From Octopus vulgaris (lineage: Eukaryota), in NCBI GenBank assembly GCA_951406725.2, contig OX597814.1, positions 22,134,001 through 22,198,000 on the forward strand: DNA of 64,000 bases. The letters run 5' to 3'. Position numbers and translations under genes: made by a program. Shown here one piece after another: positions 53,701-64,000 of the stretch. The notes under the pieces are model-generated. The model saw nothing but the letters and a program-made list of their open reading frames with translations. It had not been told where the DNA came from and did no database searches. The first letter of the stretch is position 1; every line of letters begins with the position of its first letter.

Positions 53701-56700
53701 TTTGGGCTGCCCATTTTCTGTTTTCTTTCTGAATGTACTCAGTTCATTACAGTTTTTGCATGACGAGAGATAAGTAGGCAGAAAATATAATCCACTAGCT
53801 AGACGAACCAGCTACAGCATCTTGTTGGTTTGCAGCAGATGGGGTTTAATTCACAGAAGAATCTTTTGATTTGTGATTCTGTTTCCTCAGATAATTTTCG
53901 GATCTTTTGCAGGTATAGTTCATGAAATGTGTCGAGGTTCTTGACCAATTTTCCACTTTTCCCCGTCATACAGAACTACTGGCAGAATTGTTGCACTAAA
54001 AATTGGATCTCCTACTGCAATGCAAATATGTGTTGTTGTCCATATTTGCTGTATTTACTGAAATATTGCCAATGCTACAGACCATATCACTTTCATTCCT
54101 GTTTTACCCACATTTCCGTTCAAGTTGTCCAAGTCGTTCACAACATTATCTGCTACAAGCTTTTTCAACTGCCAAATTTCTTTGAAGTTATTGGAATAAT
54201 TATCAAACGGTGACCGCGCTTATATTTTTCAGATTTCGAGGCAATGTGTGAAAATAACTGCTTAGACATTTCCTGATCTTTTGCTACTAATTACTAATTT
54301 AGTAAAAACATTGTAGTCTAGACATTTATATTGATAAGACTAGAATGACGGAGAGAGAAAGAATACTGAAGTGAATTCCAAAGTTAAAAATATGCGTGGG
54401 CAGAAAAAAGAAATTCAAGATGATGAACTGGCAGAATCGTTAGCACGCCGGGGAAAATGCCTTTCGTCCATCTTTATGCTCTGAGTCCAAATTCCACCGA
54501 GGTCGACTTTATCTTTCTGCCTTTTGGGGGTCAAGGAAATAAGTTCCATATTTGTCTTTAATTTGTGTTATGAATTTTCTTTTGTTATTGACAAAATAAA
54601 AAATGCTTCGGACAAATTGTCTTAGAGTGCTTTACGTTCTGAATTAAAATACTGCTAAGGGTTAACTTTGCCCTTCATATCTCGGGGTGAATAAAATAAA
54701 GTAATAGTCATGAGCTAGGGAACGATGTCTTATACCTCTGTTACGAACTATTATCTTACCTCAAACTCTATAGCCAGACAAACGTTGTAATTTGAAAAGG
54801 TGTGGTATTTTATAGAAGCAAACAGTTTTGTATAATAGCAAAACGTGGAAAATGCTAGCAAAGATTACAAAGAAGCTTGACCCGTTCCACGAACGATACC
54901 GACGGAAAATTCCCAACGTAATATGGTGAGACAGATTCATAAATGAAGAAATTCTTCTGCGTAGCAAACATCCTAATGCTATATGTTTCGTTTGGAGGAC
55001 TATACATTTTGCTTGTCGACCACTAGGAACGCTAAGACTGAAATGACCTGGACACTAGATGGTGACAAACGGAAATAGGTTTGGGAGTAATTTTTAAAGT
55101 GTCCCCTAGGGACAAGCAGTTTGAATACATAACGAGTTCTAAGAAATATAGCAGTTTTGTCACACACACACACACGAAACTCTCTTTTCGCTAAAGGGTT
55201 GAAAAAGTCGATAATTACTTTATCTAGTACCTGCTTTATCGACTCTAGAAGGATTCAATATAAAACCCACCCCTCACCTCATTGATGGCGAGATTTGTTG
55301 AACTTAGAACAGTATTAGCAAAATATGTGAAAATGTGTTTACATACATTTTTGATGATATATTACTTGTATTCATTAAATGTGTTTTTTTTTTCAGAGCG
55401 AAACTTTGAACTTTGATTTTGATAAATTTACAATTGTGAATGTTTCATGAATGCCAAAGAAAATGAATAACTAAAGACGTGACAGTAATTATGAGAACGT
55501 GATATCAAGCATTTATAGTTCTATTTCAAAGTTAATGGCTTCGTAAATTGATCTTCGTTATTTGAGTATAAGGTATTTAAAATATTTTATTGAAAATTCT
55601 GGTCAGTTTCTTTAACATACGAAAATTAACTACAAAATTTATTCTTAATTTTCTGAAATTCTCTCTTCTCTTTGAGAATCGCAAAATATTTATCATTAGG
55701 TTTCTGGTTTTGGTTTTAAATTTGGAAGAAAATTTGAATAAACTAAAAATGTAGTACGTTCGTGAGACATGAAAATGGTTACATAACAAAAAGGGAAGGG
55801 TTAACTTTGAAGAGAGGTTGGGTCAAAACAAACACAAATAAAAGTAAAGACTGAAACAAACAATCAAGTACAACAAAACAAGGAACACTCAAGAAGTCTA
55901 GGAGTGGAAACTAGACAGGAAAAGAAAACGAAATTGGAAAGATAACATTTGCTCCCCCGCACACAAATACACACACACACACGCGCGCGCGCGCGCGCAC
56001 ACATGTGGTCACGGTGGGTTTCCGTCATTCGACGATGATGAATTAGATGTTCAATCAACTGAATTACCTGATCCTGAATTAATGTGTAAATGGCAGAACA
56101 TTTAAAAGAAAGGTACACCATTAGCATAATTCTTATTTATTTATTGCCCACAAGGGGCTAAACATAGAGGGGACAAACAAGGACAGACAAACGGATTAAG
56201 TCGATTACAACGACCCTAGTGCGTAACTGATACTTAATTTATCGACCCCGAAAGGATGAAAAGAAAAGTCAACCTCGGCGGAATTTGAACTCAGAACGCA
56301 GCGGCGGACGAAATACCACAAAGCATTTCGCCCGGCATGCTAACGTCTCTGCCAGCTCGCCGCCTTTTACATAATTCTAAAGCAGAATCTATTTCTTTAC
56401 TACCCACAAGGGGCTAAACACAGAGAGGACAAACAAGGACAGAAACGGGTTTAAGTCGATTATATCGACCCCAGTGCGTACTGGTACTTAATTTGTCGAC
56501 TCCGACAGGATGAAAGGCAAAGTCGACCTCGGCGGAATTTGAACTCAGAACGCAACGGTAGACGAAATACCGCTAAGCATTTCGCCCGGCGTGCTAACGT
56601 TTCTGCCAGCTTGCCGCCTTTTACATAATTCTAAGGCAGAATCACCATGACGGAATGTGTGACAAGGTTGTACATTTTGAGTTACAGATACAGTCTGTAT

Positions 56701-57924
56701 GACGATGATCTAAACAGTTTCCGTCTAACCACAATTTAGAAGTCGACACGAAGCTATAGAAAACTACATTTACCCAAGAATCCACATAGTAGGATCGATC
56801 GCAGGACCTCGTGGCTGCGAAACGAATTTAACTACCCAACCAGAATGCGCCTACATACACACAGATTAACTCCGCTGTAAAGCAATTGCTTCAATTTATA
56901 GTTCTCTCTACATATCCCAGTTCTTTGGTCCTTAATTATCCTCTATTATCCGATATAGAGCAAATCTACCAATTTTTATTGTTCAGAAAATTTCTTACAA
57001 GCGATAAATTCCAAGTAGATAATAGGGGGCAATTCAGCCAGAACCAGAGGATACATTATCAATAATCGATACGTATAGTTTTCAAATGTATTGCATTGGT
57101 CAGATATTATAAAACAGATGCAAAGCAAGGTGTGCATTTAATATAACGTCAAGTTACTGTGAAGCAGGATAAATGAAATAAGAAAAAGAATAGACAGCAA
57201 AAAAGCTATATAAGACAGTCGCATAAGGTTAGTGTGTTGTATTGCTTATGTTAACTAATGTTAATTACTGTTACATAATGCTAAGGTTAATTTAAAGCAT
57301 AGAAACATTGTCAAATTTGATAACATCTGTAAACATGTATTATAAAGATATTTTCAAAACAAAAATATTACTTATATTAGTGTAAGAATATTTGTAGCTC
57401 ATCAATTCAATGTTTTTGCATTATGTATTCTAACAAAATAAATTTATTTGCAAACATAGTCTACTTTAGAGTTGATATAATATTCGGAATATACAATTTT
57501 ATAATCTCAGATAATATTGAATGCAACAATATTAAATACTTAGCTTGGTCAGTAGTAATTTTGGAATGGAGTTTTACAAAGTATATGAAAAATTCTCTAC
57601 TCACACAACATTTTAAGCTAAGTTTTCTTTTCCTGCTACGAAGAAAATTTGATGATAAGGTATTCCTGTTTTGTGTTACTCATCTAATATGTTAAAATTA
57701 AATCGTTATTCTTGAAAAATATTTAAAATTATTATATTTTATTTCATGAAATATCAGAATTGAATCGCATGATTAGTCAAGCAACATTAGGCTTAATCAA
57801 TGTCACTGTTTAAAATAAACATAGAGAAAATAATTTTATAAACAAGATCAAAGATCAAAGAACAAAATAGCTGTAAGTATGATCCATATAATGTTGGATT
57901 TATAATGTGGAAACCAAATCTTAC

Positions 57925-58024
57925 CGGCAATACTTAGGCCATATAAAGACATAATAAGCAATAGTGTGATAATCAATCGTTTCAATCCGATGAAGCGTAG
58001 AATTTGTTCAAACCGAAGAACCAT
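57925..58024 (-). CDS. Carbohydrate sulfotransferase, putative coding exon 1 (cytosolic tail and signal-anchor)
   Basis: ATG at 58024 opens MVLRFEQILRFIGLKRLIITLLLIMSLYGLSIA: basic residues then a hydrophobic helix, as in type II Golgi enzymes. It ends at a G|GTAAG donor (phase 1), with a pyrimidine-rich acceptor (tcttgtcctgtgtag) just upstream. The link to the catalytic exons is inferred from phase compatibility. Confidence 0.6.
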
Positions 58025-61000
58025 AGTGTAATTCCTACTGGATAATACGATGTCCTTTGAAGCTACACAGGACAAGAACGATTAACTTTTCCTCTCAGTA
58101 TTTTTGGTGCAAACAGACATTTGACACGACATATATATGTATATGTAAACTTTTTCTCCTATGTATTGTGTTGTGTTTTCTTTTTTGTATCTTCTGTCAG
58201 ACGTGCAGCAGCAAGCCACTGATATCAGCTAAGGTGTAACCTTTATGGATAATTGTGCTCAACTTGTGAGCTAACACTCTACTGCTGGTTTTATGTGAAC
58301 TCTACCTTTTACTCCTGAGGGCTTATCGTAATTTCCGAGAGCAATTTGTTTTTGCTTATTTATTTATATTTTAATTTATTTCTCTTTAACGTACAGACAT
58401 ATAGGAACATTTATATAGTATAGTGCATATGACACCCTTTAAACTATTAGCAATTTTATGTCGACGTTAAATACAAAACAAAGTGCAGTTAATAGTTTCT
58501 TTGCCGTTTTTTTTTCTTTTTAAATAATTTTCTAACATCTTATTCTTCCTTTTCTGCTACAGCAATTGATTATTACGACGATATCATAAAGCATACGTAA
58601 ACTTAAACTGCAGATATGCATATTTTTAATCAGATTTACTATTACTTTTAAAGTTCTAAAGGTGTGTACAGCGTCTTTTTAAGCAAACATACAATTAATC
58701 GATATGAAAACTAATAATATGTGAGAATATCACCTGAATCGAACACTCTTCTTAAATAATGATCCTGTATAGTTAACGTCTTATCATTCCCTCGCTGAGT
58801 GCATGTCTTTCATAGATCTACACAGAAGGTCTGTAATTATTTCGGAACCCAAAGTACGCTTGCTTTTTTTTTTTTACTAACGGTTGTATCTGTCTTGATT
58901 TTGACTTTCGATGCTATGGCATGGTTTTGTTGCAAGAGCTTCTCTCGATATTTTGACAGTGGAAATAGTGACCTTCGACTAATTCGTTCAAGTTATCATT
59001 TAGAAACATAAACGTAACTTTTTTATGATTTATAATTGTCTCAGCAATTGAATTAAGATTCTATTTCCTTTTTAGTTTTCAAACACCATGGCTCTGACGA
59101 AACATGACTTTTACAATTATAAAAAGACAGCTAATTAACTCAACTTAGCCCAGAATAGAGTGAGCTCAAATGTTATCTATATGGTGCTAGTGATATGGGG
59201 AAGCAACACCAATTTCAAAGGCGTTTAGTGGGTAGTAGGCCCACGATTAGGTTGAATATCTTCTCCCTAGTCCTTAGATACTTTTATCGTGGAACTTCAA
59301 TGAAGATAAGGCAGAATATGATGGGGAAATTATCTAAGATCATTGAATGTTACCACCACTAGAATTAGTCAAAGAAAGTCTACAGTAGAGTGGTCTTGTA
59401 ATACATTTGTCACCGTGAGAAGTGAGTTAAATGGAGGCACAAAATGGGAAACATAGAATTGTAGTCCTTGCTTTGCTATGAAGTTAAATAACATTAACTT
59501 GACTTAAGTAAAAAGGAACAAGAGACCACTGATTGTGTACCTTGGTGAAAGGAAGTTGTTGACAGATCTGGCTCTGCCGTAATTATAAAGGAGCACAATG
59601 AGAAAGGAAAAAAGAAATTCTGACATGAAAAAGGTGGTTATCTGCAAGGTTCCCTCACGCTGAGGAGGTTAGAAGCGTTTTCAGTGTGAAAACAAATGAC
59701 ACGGTTGAGTGTATTCTTAGTACTGGGAAAATTCCTTTAGGAAAAAAAATTTGAAGAGTTTGTCAAGGAGAGAAACTAATTTGAAATAGGTTATTTAATG
59801 GGATAATACTCTTTACTCTCTCTTTACTTGTTTCAGTCATTTGACTGCGGCCATGCTGGATCACCACTTTAGTCGAGCAAATCGACCCCAGGACTTATTC
59901 TTTGTAAGCCTAGTATTTATTCTATCGGTCTCTTTTGCCGAACCACTAAGTTACGGGGACGTAAACACATCAGCATCGGTTGTCAATCAATGTTGGTGAG
60001 GCAGGGGCGGAGACAAACACAGACGCGCATCACACACACACACATGCATATATACATATATATATATATATATACGACGGGCTTCTTTCAGTTTCTGTCT
60101 GCCAAATCTACTCACAAGGCTTTGGTCGACCCGAGGCTATAGTAGAAGACACTTGCCCAAAATGCCACGCAGTGGGACTGAACCCGGAGCCATGTGGTTG
60201 CTACTTACCACACAGCCACTCTTGCGTCTTGTCAAGAGACAATGAGAAAGGTGAGAAAGAAAAGTTTTGGGAGCTGTCTTATGCTTGTTTGTGTGTGTGT
60301 GTCTAGTGTATGTGGGATATCTGTCGCTGCATGTGCACAAGAAGTTAAGAAATGGAGTCAAAATGAGCAAGGAATCTGCGATTTTGTTATTCGGAAATAG
60401 TTGTAGTATGTTGGATTATTCTTCGGGATTTAGTTACAAATCTCCTCGCATGAGGTGAGAAGGCGCGGACTGAGTCCTTCAGTGACCCGAAAATATTCTT
60501 TGATTTGCTGTTGGCCAGCTTGTAGATGTTGCAATACTGGAAAAAATCTTACAATTCATGATAGTGGGTAAATTCATTCAGGTATTGTGAGTTGTATTGT
60601 TTACTTTCCGGTTGTAAATGAATCGTTTTGGTGTCGTGGATTTTGATTGTGTGAGACAATGTATCTTCTTTTGTGAGTCCTTTTTACCACATGAACTTTT
60701 TCGGAACTCACTTTCGTTATCATAAATAAGAAACTATAGTACACAACGTATAAGCAGTTCTTCTAAACAAAAATATAAATGGTAAACTAACGCTCAGAAT
60801 ATATAAAACAAAGTAGATAAAACTTTATTAAGAGTAAATAAGATTGTTTCAGTACAATACATAACTCATGTACATAAGAGCTGACAAATTGTCAATAATG
60901 TTCATTAGGGAATTCTACGTTCTTAAAAGTATACAGGATTTTGTTTTTGCTTTCTACCGTGGAAGCTTAAAATACAGATTCACATAGATACAGGGAAGAG

Positions 61001-61875
61001 AAAAGAAGTGCTACCATTGAAAATTCCTCTAGTATTGGAAATTACGATTCCACATTCATAGAAAAAATAAGTTCGTTTCTTGTAAAAATTTAGATTCCAC
61101 TCAAATAAATAGCTTAGTAAATTCTTGAAACTTCAAAGTAATTTTCTTCATCTGTTCCTTTCCAACAAAGAAGTAATTTTGGTCGCGATCCAATTTGCAA
61201 ATGTCCATGTCTGGCAGAAATTATTTGCGGAAATACTTTTCTATACCACCGAATACTCGATTATGATCGTCATTTTGTACTGTTTCCATAAAAGTGTTTT
61301 GTTAAGAAATGCTTCGATCTACCTTCAGAGTGAAATTGCTTACATTCTTCCATTGCAGAAACTTTATGTTCATTTTAAGCTTCTGAAATATGTCTAATAA
61401 AGCATAATTTGCAACGCTAAATTTCACAATGGAAGAATTCCTTCTATTTGAGTTCTTTTCTAGGAAAAATAGCACTACACGTTTTTAAGACTACTATTCT
61501 TCTCTTTTAACAATCGTCACACCTTTGTGCGTTTTAAAATCTTGCTCAACTTGGATTTCTTATCATGGTTGTGCGAATAGACAATCTGGAATACTGATCA
61601 CGTTCTGTGTGAACATGTTAATTCTGCGAAAGGCTATTCCAGATAACCGTATCCAAATATTTATTTGGGTAATACTATTCCTCATTATATACATATTGAC
61701 AAGGCGGCGAGCTGGCAGAAACGTCTGTTTTTGAGTAGAAAGTGTGTACGCTCCATGTGAGTCCTGTTATTGTAAACCTCGATGGATAACTGAAGTATTT
61801 ACCAACTGAACTGTGGACTATCTACTTCACTATGGAAGGGTATTGGTAGTAGTTTCTTTGACGTAAGTTCAATTG

Positions 61876-61930
61876 TTACACACTGTTACACACTGTTACA
61901 CACTGTTACACACTGTTACTGTTACACACT
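61876..61930. repeat. (GTTACACACT)n 10-bp minisatellite
   Basis: About five copies directly visible upstream of the ORF1-like remnant. Confidence 0.9.
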
Positions 61931-62238
61931 TTTATTTTATGTTTGTGGTAGGTCTTCCCGCGCGGGAGAACCAAGATTCGTTGAATTGTTTAAATTGTTG
62001 AATTGTTGAATTTTCATTGCTGCGTTCTGCCTGCTTTTGAAAATTGTTGCTTCCTCATTATGGGTGAAGTGTGAAAAGAGTGAAATGGAACGTGTCGCAA
62101 GTTATTCATCCGCAACTACACAAGGTATTACGACCAACACCCTTGAAGTTCACGAGATAAATATAGAGACAAAATAATGGGAAAAAGGAAACAAATTGTT
62201 ACAAAAGGAAGGGGCCAGTTTAAAGCTGACCGAAAGAA

Positions 62239-62840
62239 GTGACGAAGAATGTAGCAAGGAAGATGGCCCTGTACAGGACGTTATCAACCACTACCAAGAA
62301 AATAGAGATTGCTCCAGTAGAGGCAATAGAGGAATGTCTAGGTGAAGTGAGAGGATTAACCACCTACTATACGCGTGGAAGAAAATACGGCACAGTGGGG
62401 GTTAGGTTCTCCAGTGACAAGGACGCTATTAACCACTCCACTGAGCCAATAAGGACACAAGAGTGGGTGCTGCCGATGTACTGTGGCAAACATTGCCAGA
62501 GTGAGAGTCAGCAAAGTTCCCCCACCGAGATCGAAGAGGTATGGCTGGTGACAGCAGTCATGCACGAAATGGCGGAAGATGCAAGGATTCTGAAGATAAC
62601 CAGAACAAAGGAAGTTAATTGTTGGGCTACGGCCTTGAAATGATAATTCAAGTTGGGTTAAAAGACTTACATGGAATTGTAGAAGAGGTTCTTCTACCAG
62701 AAGACGTTACGCTAAGAGTGGGTGTGGGGGAAGACCTCCAACATGTTTTCTATGTAAGCAAAAATATTTTATGAAAGCAAAGTGCCTTCAGCAGGAAAGT
62801 GAAGTAGAACAGCACGAAGAGCAGCCCACTGAAGTCTGAC
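62239..62840 (+). mobile_element. L1/Tx1-like ORF1 remnant
   Basis: Frameshifted ORF with TVGVRF, LPMYCGK and EIEEVWLV, then a degenerate zinc knuckle (RPPTCFLCKQ...KC). Confidence 0.55.
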
Positions 62841-64000
62841 GGTGTTTATAACTATTTTATTTGGCTTTTCTCTGAGTAAGGGAGAATATAATGATTCAAC
62901 GTCACTTATACTAAAGTGTTATCATTATACCTAAAAACCCTAACTACAGTAATAACGTCATATAGACACATACGCATGGAACGCTATATTAATGACATGT
63001 ATGTTGAATATTTTAATCGTGTCCTTTAAACCGCTATAAGAAACATAAATCAAAGATTACAGAAATGCATATTTATCTATGCTCAGTTGAAAAACAAACG
63101 TGAAGAGAAACATTTTCTTTTTAATTATTTTTTATTATATAAATATAACATTTTATATTATTTACAGTAAGAAAGATAACTTTGTCGTGAAGAAAACGAC
63201 TATAAATTCCTTAGCTAATTTCTTCTTTCTATCTAATACATTAACCAACAAATCAAAATAGATTTGTGATTAACTTAGACATGGCATGAAAATTTACCGA
63301 TGTCTCAAAAGAGTGAGTGCCGTGGAGTTATGTGACAACCAACGAACACTGAAATATTTTCCAAAATCCAGGGTTTTTATAACTGCTCAACTTGACTTAA
63401 AAAGAATCGAAATCCATGACCAATATTCTTTTCGAAACTTCTAGAATCTTTATATGAGCAGTTATATTAACCAATGGAAAAAACGAAAATGATAATTCTT
63501 CGGCAAAGACATTACGTCATATTGCCAATTCGCGCCACATTTCAAAATGGCTAAAATGGTTATTGCTACAGAAGAAAAGAAGTACTCCACTGTAGCCTTG
63601 ATATTAGCGGAGTGGACACTACAACCTACTTACTGTGGCAAACGTCTTTTCTTGTAGTGTCAACTCTTTATAAAGGCCATGTGCCTTAATAAAAGAAATT
63701 GAGCTGGCAGGATAATCAGCCCACCGGACAAAATGCTTCGCGGTATTTCGTCTGCCGCTACGTTCTGAGTTCAAATTCCGCCGAGGTAGACTATGCCTTT
63801 CATCTTTTCGGGGTCGATTAAATAAGTACCAGTTACGCACTGGGCTCGATATAATCAGCTTAATCCGTTTGTCTCTCCTTGTTTGTCCTCTCTGTATTTA
63901 GCCCCTTGTGGGTAATAAAGAAATATGTATTTCGTCTGCCGTTACGTTGAGTTCAAATTCCGCCGCGGTCAACATTGCCTTTCACCCTTTCGGGGTCGAT

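Noticed and set aside
53570-54200. Possible old LINE coding remnant (similar hints at about 38000-38360 and 59380-59790)
   Set aside because: Too degenerate to assign by eye; needs a translated search.

Overview
AT-rich, microsatellite-laden eukaryotic DNA. The SINE, LINE and simple-repeat content suggests an octopus or other coleoid cephalopod (inference). One host gene is supportable: a minus-strand, ~30 kb, four-coding-exon Golgi carbohydrate sulfotransferase of the CHST8-14/HNK-1ST (Sulfotransfer_2) family, reconstructed at about 481 aa. The rest is mostly transposon debris: three tRNA-derived SINE families, RTE, CR1-like, R4/Dong-like and L1/Tx1-like LINE remnants, Tc1, DD37D, mariner and Chapaev3-like DNA transposons, and Helitron/Helentron elements. 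The most notable signal is a set of unrelated small non-coding elements that carry minimal type I hammerhead ribozyme motifs in tandem or inverted arrangements, mostly next to (TA)n tracts. These include a 353-bp tandem retrozyme-like unit with two intact hammerheads (49852-50679), a 557-bp inverted/tandem unit (7368-8888) and a tRNA-headed hammerhead SINE inserted as an inverted dimer with a 12-bp TSD (25597-26167). Decayed Penelope-like RT and GIY-YIG fragments lie in the same window. Most ORFs in the track are microsatellite or repeat artefacts. Coordinates were read by eye and repeat boundaries are approximate.
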